Positions 35,901 through 50,900 of a DNA stretch of 64,000 nucleotides are shown piece after piece (the first letter of the stretch is position 1; each line of letters opens with the position of its first letter). This DNA is from Leptogorgia sarmentosa (lineage: Eukaryota), in the NCBI GenBank assembly GCA_964658305.1, contig OZ210885.1:7812001-7876000 (forward strand), in the 5' to 3' direction. Made by a program: the position numbers and the translations under genes. The notes under the pieces were generated by a model, which ran no database searches, was not told the origin of the DNA, and saw only the letters and a list, made by a program, of their open reading frames with translations.

Positions 35901-38900
35901 CTGTGATTTAATGACATAAATGGAAAATTTACCGACCGCTTTGGCTTCAAAACCGACCGCAATTCATTTACCGACCATTTTCAAAAAAATTGGGGGGGTG
36001 TCACACCCCCCACACCCCCCCGCTCGCTACGCCCCTGATTTCTATATATCACAGCAATCTTGTAGCTTTGGTATTCTTTCTCTTCATGCAACACGACCTA
36101 AATAATGCGTATCAGCTTGTAGATACTCGCGATGAAATCGTTTTCATTGTATTGTTCGTAATAAGAAAATAGCATGTGAAGCCATAACAATTTCTTAAAT
36201 CGAATCCAATAGTAATTTGAATGCACTGTTTTTTTCGGAGAAATATATTGTCAACTAAAACGGATATTTCACAAATATAAATTTTGCGTGTATAAAGAAA
36301 GTACAATACCCTGTAGTCGCATCAATGACTTAAAAGTATTTAGAAGTTTCAAATATTCCTTCATTTACCCACCTGCATTATGGTCGACCCAACTATTTGT
36401 TGACAGTTTCCCGTGGAAAAACACGTTATTCTGAAGCGACCCAAATACTATTTTGCCGTCGGGTGATATTACTGGTGGGCTCGACCCTTGACGAACAGTC
36501 GATACTTGTAGTGAGTCGAGATTGATTTCACAAGTATGCATATCCCGGCTGCATGTGTAAATCATGTTGCGATCGCATGCTAATTCCACTGTGTAGGACG
36601 CGGGTAAAATGACTTCTTTCAAAGACGCATCAGGCTTTTGCCAGTCCCAGATGAACACATGGTTATCTTTGCATCCAATTATAGCTTGCAACCCATCAGA
36701 ACCAAAGCGAACAATCTCAGGTGTGTCATCGCTATCGATTTCATTGATCACACTGCCATCAGACAAATTCCACACCTTGAAAATAAAAGGAAAATTTTTT
36801 CTGTGTGATACGCAAAAAATAGGTTCGCAAAGCGCACATGTATCTGCGAATGGTGAAGCAGAACTGACGGATGAGTCGTCGGAAAGCGCAATCGGACATG
36901 CTAAAAAGTCCAGGTTGCGCTTAAATCTACCGCTAAAGTATTGGTTTGCAAGCAATAAATGAACCTAAACTAAAGCTAACCCTAAATATGAAACTAATCG
37001 AACCCCAAAGCCTAACGCACAAAACATTTAAACCTAGAACTATACTCAAACAGATTTCCTAAATCAGCATGCTGTCTTATTAAATATGCGATGTTTAGTT
37101 AGTGTTGACTGTTCTCATATACAGCATTTCTCACCTTCCTCCTTCGACTCTTTCGTGAAAAATACGACTAATACGAGGAAATTCCTTGGGAAAAAACTTT
37201 CTTTGTGCCTCCAATATGCATAAAACTATGGCTTTATACTGAATATCGTGGGATTACCTAATATTACATGTAAATGTCATTAAATTATTTAATTATATCG
37301 TGTTTTGGCCTTATTTCAATTTTGACCGCCATCTTGAATACGATTAGATTTAACCTGCGAACAGGCTACTTCAACAGAATGTATCCAGTTTTTATATAGC
37401 GTGCTGTGACAAAACCGTTCATGGGTCGGCCATCTGGACAGTGTGCTCTGTACGCATTTTCAATTTACAAATCGAAAGGCCGATAAAACAGCACGCTGCC
37501 GTTTCAAATCCTTTGTTAAATTACAACTGGACATTGACAGGGACCTGCAAAGTCAAGATTGTTTGCTTAAACCGTCGTACTTAAACACTGCACTTCACAT
37601 TTTCGCAAAAATCCGATCGAACATCGCCTTCACTCCTCGAACGCCGCCATCTTGCATTACGTAATTATAAGCAAAAGCTCGTCGCTGATTGGCTAGAAGC
37701 TAACAGCTAACAGCTAACAGCTGAAAGATCATAGCATAGTATCTGCGTTCGCAGAAACAAAAACGCTTTAAACTTGTGACTACATTGATTATAGCAAAAC
37801 TAATTATGAATAAAATAACTAACACGCACATGAATGACTTTGTCCCCGAGCCGCGGCGCGAAGCGCCGTCCGGGCGTTAGCCCGGGGCGAGGGTAATAAT
37901 TCCGCTATAGCGTGTCCAAAGTTCCTCGATTTGGCGGCCATTTTGGGTCAAGGTGTAAGAGCAAAATGCGTAAGGGTGGTCATCACTGATCTCAAAATTA
38001 TGCTGGACCATCATGACGAGCCGAAGCTTTTTAAAGGCTTAAAGCTTTTGGAAAGGCGAAAATAAAGACAAGATCTACGCTGTAAGACTTGAAAAGCCTT
38101 CTCAGAAGATATAAAACGCTGAGAAAGGAGCACAAACGACTACGGATTGAAACACAAGATAAGTTCGTCAATATGTTGCCGGCAGTGAACTTTTGTTTTG
38201 CGTATTTACTATCTACAGTCTACAATTTTCATGAAAGGTCGCCGTAGCCGAATTTAATCTATTCACAGCTCAATTCCAGAGTATAAGTTTATCGTTTTAA
38301 AGGCAAGACTTCACAAAATATTTACAAACTTTACCCCAAAAGAACACGAGCGAACATTGGCTGGAAATTGTTTCATATCAAAGACTGACTTGTATATTTT
38401 ATATTTAAAACGTTTTGTACAAATAAATGTAGTATTTCGCACCAAATTCAAGTTTATATTAGTCTTAATAACGTACGGATAACAAATGGTTCTCGAAATT
38501 TAAAAAAAAATGCCAATAAAACAAAGATAAATGTATGTTATTTGACAGTTTTCAAAAAATACAGAAATACAGTATGAATTCCGATCGTGTTGCCATGACA
38601 ACAACCTCGGGCAGCCTTTGAAGTACTTCATGTTCCAAAAATATAATTGCATTAATTGGTTAGTAAGGCGAGGGGTTGCTGCATGTATGTATTTCTAGTA
38701 AATAGGTTTAATTAGTTATATTATGCGTGCTACTTAAAGCGATTATAAACCGGAAGTTATGCAGTTTTTAAGGATTGGGATAGAGCACAAAAAATTAGTT
38801 AATACGTTCTAGATTAGGTTTTACGTTTTAATTTCCGAGATATACGTATTAAGAACAGACCTAGAATATGACTGGACAAAGCTTCGGTAATGCATAAATG

Positions 38901-41900
38901 AACCAAATATGCCCATATTGCTGACACCATCTAAAATCCACTGTGGTGCTTTTGAAGTTCCTACAGTTTTAGGTTATTACTTGAAATATTTATTAAACAT
39001 TGCCTGAATAAATTTCCTCCAAAAATTGTGTCTTTTTCCTTTTAAATTTGCCCGTGAATAACTACTGAGGTCACACGAAGATGTACGCTGTGTGATTCTT
39101 TACAAAGCTGTTAAAACGTTCTAGAAAGCACTAGAAAAGTTATGACCAGCTCTGTGTATGTCTTAAACTGCAAAAGACATTTTCTTTATAATCCGACCAT
39201 GAATGTTGCGATACCATTTATGGAAACTGCGATCAATGCCACTCATTTTCGAATCTTATCTCATTAGAAATTTTCTAACTTCAAAATTCCAGACTGAATC
39301 CAAAAGGATGATAAATCCGGTAGTAGGAGATCAGTGGATATATAGGCTGGAAAGCACATTACTCTCAGTAACACAATCTTTGTAATGATTTTGTTCAATT
39401 TATGTCTTCATACTTTATTTATGCATTTAACAGTTTAACTGCATGTATACAACCGCGTGAATAAAGCTACTGCAGAAAGTTTGACTGGTTTGCTTGAGTT
39501 CAGGAGTCTATTAGAGTTTTCGTTATCCTAGTAATGGAACGGCCAAGCAACAGTGGCCAATTGTGGAAGAGTCAGATATAGGACTATATATTTGTTAGCA
39601 AATATTTCAACCGTTGTAAAAATGCTCGGAAAGCTATAAAATCGCATATACGGAGCAGTCAATTGATAAAAAAGAATATTCAACTTCAAAATATTTAAGT
39701 TTTATTCGCGTCAGAGTTTTAATGGGTTGTTTTAGGAAATTCAACGAAGAGCAACAGTCTTGCTCACCACCTATAAATTGGTGTGTACAGTAATCCGAGT
39801 ATTTATTCAGTGGATGGCGCTATCTAACATGTGAACAACCTTCCCGTTACAGGAACATTATAAATTGTAAACTGCGTGAGACTTCCTCCACTACACGAGG
39901 GGGAGGTGGTTGTAATTTGATTTCTTTCACCAGTTGACAGGTATTACTATTTACGCATGCGTTGCCCACAATGAATTTTTCCACGAAGGGGCTATACAGG
40001 ATTATTTACAGGATTATCTCGAGCCTCATATTAATTGGACTGTATCAAATGTCAATTATACATTTGCATTTCAAGATCGGTATCTATACTACATAACTAT
40101 AGATACCGATCTTGAACAATATATATCTTGTGTCGCAATAGGTAAAGTCGTACATTACAGAACTTCAGCATTCAGTGACAGTAAGTTGTTGCTGGGCCTT
40201 CCAGCAAAACAAAATAGATAGTAAGTATCTTTCCCGTATAGATGACAAATTTGGTGGGGATTTTAGTAATTGGGATATTTACAATCGGGTTAATCTGGTT
40301 CCAGATTATCTAACTACAATACAAATAAAAGTTGTATTTAAAATACTCAGTTGCATGTGTTGGTAATGGCTTTATTAACAGGCAGCAAAGAGTCTACTCA
40401 CTACCTAAATAATTTAAACAGATTTTACGTTTCGAGCAGAGCCCCTTCGGTGGGATCGAATAGTGTGTTACACTAATTCCCGACGAGGGCCTTTTGCTGG
40501 AAACGTCAAATCCGTTTGTATCCCTTATACGTATTGAGTAGACCTTTATTTGTTGTTGATGTAGCCATCTGCTACCTACACTGGTCACATATTCATACTT
40601 CAATTATTATCTATCATGGGTTATGTGTACGTTCACCTGAAACCGTCATCATATAGGTCTGAATGAAGTTGATGTATAGTTTGTCTTAAATCATGCATGA
40701 GAACCTATTCCATAACGTATGGTAAATTAGTAACTTACTGAATCTGTCGAAATTTGAAGCTGTTTATGAAATTGAAAGCCAATGCTTCAATGCTCGTACC
40801 CATATACTGATATACAATTTTCCTAGACTATTTTTAATATATAACCTACTTCAAACGGTCATTCTTATGTTTTCTTATATGTATTATATGTAAATGTACA
40901 TTTTTTTCGGTTCCGGTTTAAAATATGTCAGTACGAAGTCCTGGAATGCATTAAATGTGAAGTTACAGGTTTCAAAACAAAGCGTATAACGCGGATGTCG
41001 TGCAGTTTAAGGCTGAGTTTCAAGTCCGGCCATGCCTTCGATTTTTAGGGTCTGATACAAACTTCTTTAGACTTTAATTTTATGATATAACATCAGAAAA
41101 TCAAAGTTATAGTCTCTGCCAATCAACCGAAATCTGCGTATAACACATAGCTACCGACACCTGCATGCTGACGATTTCCCGTGTTTTCTTCATGAATTAT
41201 TAATGCTTTTCACAAGTATATGTACCCATGTTTTGTAAAAATTGTATACATTCATAATAATGAATACGCCGAGTCGAAACGTGGAACAAACAATTCAAAA
41301 AATTTCTTGTGTTTGGATGTTTGTATTTCTATATGTACAGTATGGCTAGTAGCCTTGTGTACTATACCTTTATCGAGGACTTCGTTGATGTAAAATTCTT
41401 TGACAGCGACACGACATATTGATCATCAGCAGAGACTGCAACATGTTTTGCACATTCAAGGTCACCTATTTAATCAGGAAGGAAAAAATAATCAATTCAG
41501 AAGTTGAAGTAATAGTCACAAATGAGTGAATGTGCATGATCAGCTTGGACGCGTTATTAAAATTAATGTAGAAATTAAATCTTTGCAATTTAAGGATTTA
41601 TATACAATGAAAAGAAAAATCTTGAATAGTGGATTAAATACTGTATCTAATATAACTTGATACTTTAACAAGCAGCAAAATTTCTATTCACCAACTGAAC
41701 GATAGGCAGTGAATTTGCTTCTAATGTTTAGGTAGTAAGTAGAACTTTTGTTGCTTATTGATGTTATTAGCTGTATCCGTAACCTACACTGGTCGCATAT
41801 AGAACATTATTCTAGCGGACTAGACCATAAACTGTCAAAAGAATGGACTGCCGGGAAAGGCACGCTGAAACTGCAGAACAACCGTGATACGCTTTATGTG

Positions 41901-44900
41901 GAACCCTGTAACTTCACATTAAATCCATTCCAAGACTTGGTATTGACATATTTCAAACCAGAAGAGAAATGAGTGTGCATCTATCCACTGTTCAAGGCAA
42001 AAAATCACTTTTGCAATAAGTGACGAGAATTCTAATATCATGATATTTTGCTTGCGTTGTGTTTGTCATTGTTGTCTATCAGTATCAAATATTCCGTATC
42101 TCTACACTCTTCTGTATAGTCCTGTATTAAACAAATAACTTCACAGTTGCTCGTTTGTACCGTTATTAAAACTTATTATTATATACCAATCGTCAAAGTT
42201 TCCCTTTTCTTGTGTTTCATTGGTCGAGCGCGCATCACGTGAGAGTGACGAAATTAGACTGTCTCCCTCGCATCAGCAAGAGAGGGAGATAATTAACAGT
42301 TATTGTGCTCACTCTCGTCGTATATGTGCTGATATGTACATGTACACAAGCGCTGGACAAAAACAACTTCCAAATTTATTTGTATTTTATTAATAACTGA
42401 ATATAATTTCAAAGTGTTCTATCACTTTGAAATCGACATATTTACAAAAACAGTTTTACTTGATAAATTCACGCCAAAAAGCACGGAAAAAACAACAGTT
42501 ACGGAATTAAAATAGTCAACGTTATGTTTAAACTATAGCTAGTTTTAAATTTCAGAAGTTTTCATCTGTATTTTTCTGCATTTGAAAGTACAATACCAAT
42601 TTCACCGTTGTAAAATGTCAACAAACAGCAACAAGCGATCCAACTCAGTCAAGCGAGGAATATTACAGCGTCGAGTCCGGTTTTCCAGATTCAAAACTGC
42701 ACATAAAAATTGACAACTAAACTTCTTGAATTTTATTCTTTTAATCGATCGCAAAGACGTTTTTAACTGTTGAAAACTTCAATTCAATTTCTGCCATTTT
42801 GTTTGTTTTTCTCTACTAGCAGGATATGAGCTAATATCTAGCTAGTAGGGAGCCAATCAGATTGCAGAATAGCTCATATCCAGCGCTTGTGTATATAATA
42901 ATACGTTATTCACCGATGAACAACAACAAAAAATCACGTGCGCCATCACGTGAAGACGCGACCTTTGGACGACCTGCTAATGCTTTAATTTAATTTAATA
43001 TTTTAAGAATAAAAATTTCGTGCATTCTTGTTCACTTGTTCCACTTTATTTTGTCGTTTCTTTGACGATTGGTATATAATAAAGCACTTATTGAGTGGGC
43101 CCTCGGGAAACCAGTGTGTTTTGTGGACCCTCGACCATCAATGTTTGTGGACCCTCGAACATCGACGGTCTCGGGTCCACAAAACACACTGTTTCCCTTG
43201 GGCCCAGTCAATAAGTGTTAAGTGTACAATTACGTAATATTTGATACACACAAATGACAATGACAAACACAACACGAGCGAAATATCAAAATATAAAATA
43301 TCTTACTCTTAGCACTTATTGTATTGTTTCAAGGAGGTTTACATCGTCATTCTGCATGAAACTATTTAAAATTTTGTAATTATGATTGGTTATAAGAATA
43401 CCAAAGTAATTCTTTTCTTTACATGCAATTACCTTAGGGAATACAAATCAAAAGGCAATTAACGTAATTAATCTACGAAAGCCTGCTATCCATTCAACTG
43501 TACTTAACCACCGGTTTTCTGTCTTCATATCAGTGCAGAGCGTTGCAGACAAGAACGTTTCTCATTAACTATTCCGATTTGCTAATTATACACAAATATC
43601 TACAAGATTTGAATTTCCAGGTAAATCTGTTCTACGCAAAAATAGTAGTTTTTGAACATGGTACAGTACTTGAAGCAAAAAAAATGAACAAGGTTGAGGC
43701 TAGGTTCATATGAATTTAGTAAAATGAAAATGAATTTAGTGAAATGAAATGAAATGAAAACGAGATGGTCCGCAACCTATTTATAAGAAAGCTGGCGCAA
43801 ATAGACAATTTGAACTATACCTGTGACAGAAAAGCACTGTGTGTGAAGATTCCAAACTTTGAAAGTTCCATCTGTAGATGCGGAAACACATCTAGAGTCA
43901 CCACGAGCGATTGTAATATGTGTGACGTCCTTTGAATCATCGGAGAGACTGTTTTGTTCCATGTACGCAGCAGTTCCCAGGTTCCAAACCCTGATACTTC
44001 CATCGCATGACGCTGTCAATACCTTGTTCGCATAGGAAATTATTGCAACACCGCTGAAATATTACAAGTTGATTGTTTATTTCTAATAAATATAATATTT
44101 CTAATTGCAATCTCTGTCAGACTATTGATTGTTAAAGAAACCAATGTTATCAAAATATGCTGTATAATTTATTCATACATGATCAGGGAAATATGTCGTA
44201 TTCATCAAATTTTATTGCAAATAATAAAAACTACATCTATGGGCACTTTATTTTTTGCAAAAATCTCTCTTTAAGAAGTCTTTCTTTATTTTTTGCAAAA
44301 ATCTTTCTTTCATTAAGAAGATAGATAGATAGATAAAACCTCTATTTACACAGGGAGTCCCGTCAGTAATAAAAATTACTGTTAACAATGGGAGCCCTAT
44401 AGACATATTGTGTAGTTCAGTACTACAGATTATAACGAAAGCAACAATACAAGATAGAGTAATGATAGATGTACAACAGGTAAAATTATGTTGCATTGGA
44501 TGTCATACGCTTCGGACTAAATTTTAGTCTAAACAAGATGAACAAAATCTTTCACCAGTTAGTAATACTGCAAAATTCAATCGCAAAAGGTTGCAAAGTA
44601 CGGAAAATACAGTCCTTTAAAGTTGACAAATTTGTATACTTTTTGTATTTGCGTGAATTTTATATAGTAGCTAATTTAATTATAATTTGCAGCGCCCGTG
44701 ATACAAATGGATACCAATCTGCAACTTCGCACGGCTATATTTTCCGTATTTAGCATTTTCCGCATTCAACACCCAGGAAGCGGGCGAGTGGGCCGGGCAG
44801 GCTACTGCACCCCCCTCCCACACCCTCCAATAACTTGCCACAATTCTGGTAACGATCTTTTTGTAAAAATGAAATATATGAAGGAATCTAGACTTCAACA

Positions 44901-47900
44901 AGATTTAATAGGTCTCTCCCCAAACCCGCCTAGAGCGTAATCACTAATATGCATTTTCAAGCGCACAATCGTGAGTTCTTTTTGATGGGCATTGTATTAT
45001 CCAACATTTCACAACCAAACATTTAGTTTTTCTAATTTTGATAACCTCAGAAAATGTCCTTCGTTTATCCCTCATTAAAATCTTTCTAAAGCGCAAGTCG
45101 TCCATTGGAAATAAGCTTAAAGTATGTAGCACGACTATAGCCGGGAGCCGCCAATTAGTATAATGGTGTAATAAATAGAAATTCTTATATGACTGAAAAT
45201 TAATTTCATGGAGTTCATGCTCGTTATCTTTTCAAGTAATCAAAAACCGATTTCAAGAAGCAGTACGTCTTAGTCTTACTGTGAAATATTGTATTAAATG
45301 TATACAATGGATAAGACAGAATATGGAGCGTCTTAAGCTTAATGTTATATATTGGCTCTTCGTTGTTGCCTTGTCATATAACGATGCTTTCGAGAAAATA
45401 GCGGTAAATTAAATAGTTCCTAGAGTGAACCCACCTGATGTACTCGGTATGACCTTCATAACAGGAAAGGGACTTTCCAGTGTGGAAACACCACAACCTC
45501 GCACTTCCTCTGTTGTCTCCAGAGATAATATACTTTTTTTCACCGCTCACAGCAATACTGGTAACAACATATTGAAAAACGTCAAAGGTACGAATTTCCT
45601 GATACGTTTTTAAATCCCAAATTTTTATTGTCCCATCGTCTGAAGCAGACACAAGCATTGGATTGTTTTTTCCTGAATCTAAACGAGAAACTTCGCACTT
45701 TAGTCGAACTGGCACAAAAAACAAGGGAAAGCAAAGTACATGATATCCTAAATATATTCAATAACTCGATCGTTGACAGGAGAGATTTTCATATATGCAT
45801 TCTGCATGTCCATGCATTCTGCATGTCCAGGCAATGGATTCTGCAGTAGTCCATATACAGAAAGTCGATTTTGTTAATACCGTTAGGATATTGAAGAGAA
45901 ATTACGCAAAAAAAAGAAATTCCAATGTGTCAGAATAAACTTGAAATACTCAAAATATGGCCGAATCGTCTGGCACGTACAATAGCGCTCATTACCTCCG
46001 CAAGGAGGTTATGTAATCATCTTGGTTTGTTTGTGTGTATGCGTGTGTGTGTGTGTGTGTTGGTCTGTGAACACGATAACTTGAGAAATATCGAACATCT
46101 TGCACAATTGTTTGCCATTGCACAAAGAAGAGATGATTACATTTTGGTTTAATTCGGCTGAGAATCAAGTAAAACATTTATGTAAAAAACTTTCGTTGCT
46201 TTATTTTTTAAATATGAACGCGTAATGAAGTTAATTGATATTCTGGATGTGTTGTGTGAATTAGTATATTTACGGAACCAAATTTGGGTGGAAATTTATT
46301 AACTTAGTCCCCTCTTCAGATAACCGCTCACCTGAATGCAGGCAAACGTAAATAATCCCCCAAGGGGCTAAATAGAGGAAATACGGTAGTCTTTCTTGAA
46401 GCTGCTCGAATAGTTAAATTCGCAATACGTGTTTAATTGGATTTTATACAAAATAAACTTCTTTCTCGTTTATAAAAAATAAATAGGAAATACGCAATCG
46501 TAATCAACATTTAATTTGGGCCGCAAAGTTCTAAAAGTTTGTTGGAGTCATTTCTTAAATCTATGATATTATAAGTGTTAAAACGAAGTTTAACTTCTGA
46601 AAAGTCTAAAAAGTTTTTTCCTGAGGAAAGATTAGAGTACCCCAATTTATAGTTGCTATTTCTACCTTTATCCATACTATGTACTGTAAAGTTGCGGAAA
46701 AGTTTAATAAAAGATCGTAAGAACTCATCGCAATTACTCAAAACCAGAGTGTAACAGTACTGAACAGTACGTACACTGTAGCATGTACCGCAATGGGAAA
46801 TTTTCATTGCTGCATTACATCATTATTAGTTTGCACATGTATTCATACTTATGTTTGGGAACATAACTGTGTTTAACTGCTCTTAACTGTTGCCTAACTG
46901 CTCTTTCATGTCAATCAGTAGCTGTGATAATTGACTGATTAAATTCAATTATTATCACATTTATTCAAGCAACTAACCTACCGAGTTCTAACAGTACAGC
47001 ACAATGTTTGTCACAACAATTATAAAACAGGTCAAACTATATAAATTTTGTCTGTTGGAATAAGAGGACCTGAAATCAAGATGGACAAGATAAGTCAGAC
47101 GACACCTGGCTATATATCTTGGCAATGACAGTATATCTAAAACAATATTACTTTATAAACAACATTCATGTTGGCTTCCATTTGTTACTTTATCTATATA
47201 ATTTCATAAGTTAAAAACAAATGGTATAAAATGCTGTCATATTCTGTTGTCAGCTTCTAATTCAATTCATTCTCCTGTAATTGAATTCCATTATATATTG
47301 TAGTTCAATTCGATACGTGTGCATTAATTACATACATGTGAAACGGCTAGAATTGTTCTTGGTCGATATACAGTATCCCTATGAAATGCATTTCAGAACA
47401 GTGGCGTAGGATGGTGGGGCACTTGGAAGGAGCCCCCTCTAACTTTCACGGTAATAAGAAAAAGTGTCCTTTTAAAAAAGAAAGTGCCCTTCTTTCATCC
47501 CTAGGATTTGTACAGCTTTCTGATACACATGAGAATTTGCCCAAATGTACTAAAATATTTTGTAGGATTCCATCATTCACTGGATTTTATATGTTTTTTT
47601 TTCAAAATGCCGCTTTGCTGATTGCAAGTGTGGATACAGTAATAAGTTTTTCCAACCAAAAATATCATGTCTTCTTGTTGCTAAGTTATCGAAAGTTAAA
47701 GTTGAAACTTATTTAAAGTTGCAACATTTAATAGTAAAGATTTGGATTCTGTTCTCCCTGTGCCTCCCCCCCCCCCCCCAAACTACAACTTGATTCGTAG
47801 GCTGGTTGTATTTGTATATGCTAAGAGTATTTTAAAATGGCCATTAGATTTATCTATGCTAGCTTTCTAAAATTTCGATAAGAAATCAGAAAGTCCTAAA

Positions 47901-50900
47901 ATAGTGCTTGTACATGAAAGCACTGGTTACCACCATACTAACAATTAAGGAAAGACATTGCTTTCTTTCTAAGCATAATTTTTCATTAATATATTAGAAT
48001 GCTGTTGCAAGCAGGTATTTTTGTGCAATAATTGGGAACATTTATTCCGAAACATGATATTCCCCTCCAATCATTGCTTTATTGAACCATTAAGGAAGTT
48101 TATAATAAAGAATATGTTTTATCCGAATGAAATAACAAATATAATTCTGAAGAGACTCTATTGAGGTAAGATCTTCAAATGTTATGAAATATTAACTCAT
48201 ACAGTATTGCATACCTGTTGCGACAACACATGTCACCCAATCTGTATGGCCAACCAAACTGGCCTCAAAATTTAGCGTATCGGCTTTCCACAACTTGATA
48301 GTCTTGTCATCATATCCAACAGTAGCAATGAACTGTCCATCTTTGGTCGTACACAGCGACATGACTCTCTCAGGAATACTTGTTGAGAGGTTTTCTCCGG
48401 TAGAAACACAATACACTTTCAGCCCTACAACGCATGATGGTTACTCGTCAGACTGATGTTTCAATAATGTCTAACCCTAGACGATTTTGTGAAATCTTGT
48501 TTTTAATTGTGTCCCTCTCCGGCGCTGAAAATGCTCTGGCTGTTTACACTACGTTTCACTGCGCTCTACACGACGTTTACAGTTAACCGCTGGTTTGAAG
48601 ATACGCAGTCGCTGGAATCCTCAAACCAGCTGTTGCAATTATTGTTTGAATATGAACAATTTGTACTTTTGGCGAAGGTTGAGAGGTGCTACTAAAACAG
48701 ACGTATTGTGGTTTTCCCAGGAAATCATTTTACTACAGCTAAGCTGTAAAACTGCTGTTCCTGGCATCAAACACAAAAAGAATTAGTGAACATGGTCCAA
48801 TCACACGATACGATGGCGTTTGTAAATTTCATAAACCCACCCTCTACCATAGCTACATTGTTGTCAAATTGTATGCATTGCACAGGGCATCTATACCAGT
48901 GGTACTGTTGTTAAGATTGGGTTACAGATCGCGAAAAAACTGTAAGCAAGGACCATGTAATGGCAGTTGGGCTTCGCTTCAAAATAATGAAAATATAGTT
49001 CGTTTCCCAATGCAGTCGTTAATGTACAACAGGTTACAGGTACGAATTCAGATAAGATGGTTGAAAATGTAGGACGGATTAGAAACGAGCTCTCTTTCTC
49101 TCCAACACGTTTCCGGAAGTTGAAATACAAATTTTTAATTCTTTTTTTTCACTGCGTATATACCGCACGAAATAAAGACAAGTTCATTGAAATCCTAATA
49201 AAATGATCTTTCGAACGGTGGGTCGCATGCTGGTTAAAACACAACACACTCAAAAAAATATAGATTGATCGTCGGAAACGTAAGGCATTAGCATCTATCT
49301 GAGAAATCTGAAATCCATGTCCTTATTTCTCCTCCTTCTCCTGTGTTATTTTCTTTTTATTTTGAATATTTCGTGTTATTTGCACATATAATAACATTTC
49401 TACAAGCTTTTTTGTAATTGTCGGAAATTTCCGCACGCGCACGGCATTTCCTAAAACAGGATAAATCAGGTTGCGCAATAGTCTGAAACACGTGGAAAAC
49501 ATGCCTTTGATTACGTAGGGTGCGTTATTCGTATGTTTTTCAGTCTTGGATAAAGTCACTTCTGGTTTGTTCGCACGCGACAAAAAAAAACACGACAGTG
49601 TCCCAGGAATTTCGCCCTCCCCATAATTTCGCCCCCAACCCCTCGCCCTCTCGGGGCGCGAAATTCCTAGGAAATTTGCCCCCTTTAGGAAATTCCACTG
49701 AGCTATATTATTAATCTGGAGATCAGGCACTCCACTGAAAGGTTTCGCCAAAAACATGGCGGATTTTACGTCACACGTCCCCAACTCTCATGATGGTATA
49801 ACTGACCACAGTTGAAGTGTGTGCAGGCGCCGTTTCCGACCTCCCCTGGATTTTACTGTACGATTTTATATATAAATATATATACTGTAGTGCTGTTTTG
49901 ATATTTTTTCAAAGAATTGAGATAAAGTATTAAAATTCTCTTACATATAAATATGGCGCGTCGAGGTTCACATTAAACCTTTAACAAAACCGGTCCGTCT
50001 TAGCAGAAAAACGTCTCGAACGATGTATAAGCATAAAATAAAATTTCCTTATCAGTGTGACGACAGTTCTTTGTTGTCAGATGAGTTGTGATATCCGTAA
50101 ACATAGCAAAAACGCGGCATGTTGATAATCAACAAAATTCAACGAAATATTGCTTTGAATTTAAAACTTTGACGTGATGTTAGCTGGTATTTTAGTATTT
50201 TATTTTCAGACAGGGGGGTGAGAAGACTGCTCACTTTCGGCAATGTTATTTGGCCAGTGGTTAGTCCCCTGAAATAGGGGACTTACTACGTCATAATAAC
50301 GTAAATTTGGCTAAAATCCGCCATGTTTTTGGCGACACTATTTTGTACGGCGTGGTATTACGACCTGATCTCCAGATATATTAAGTACTACTCCGAAGCA
50401 GTGGCGTGCTGGCATTTTTTGGCAGGGGAGGCCAAGCGGCAAAAATATCATTTGGCGCCCCCCCCCCCATAAGCGTACGGGCTACATTTTTTCAGGGGGG
50501 GGCAGAAAGATCTTTGCCCGAATTTGAGGGTAGCGAATGGCACGAGGCGCCACCATGGTTGGCGCCGAGCGAGAAATTTTTGAACTTTTACAACCTCTGG
50601 ATTGCCGGAAACGGCGATTTCAGAGTCCTAACTCCACTTTCTTGGTACGCTCGTTCAGATGAACGACTGCAGGATTGTTGACATTACCTTATTCCTCAGA
50701 TTTTTGCCTGAATTATGCTCAAAATCAGTGCCCGAATTTCATTTTTGTTATTGTTTTTCTATTTCGGGACAAATATGGCGCCCATTATGCAACTTTGGCG
50801 CCCCATAAAAAAGTTCACTGGGGGGGCCATGGCCCCCCGGCCCCCCCTGCCAACACGCCACTGCTCCGAAGAACTGAATATCAGTGGTTGCAGAGTTATG

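Noticed and set aside
36776..36955. N-terminal extension of ORF 36365-36955
   Set aside because: Read-through into an intronic repeat; the real exon starts at 36775
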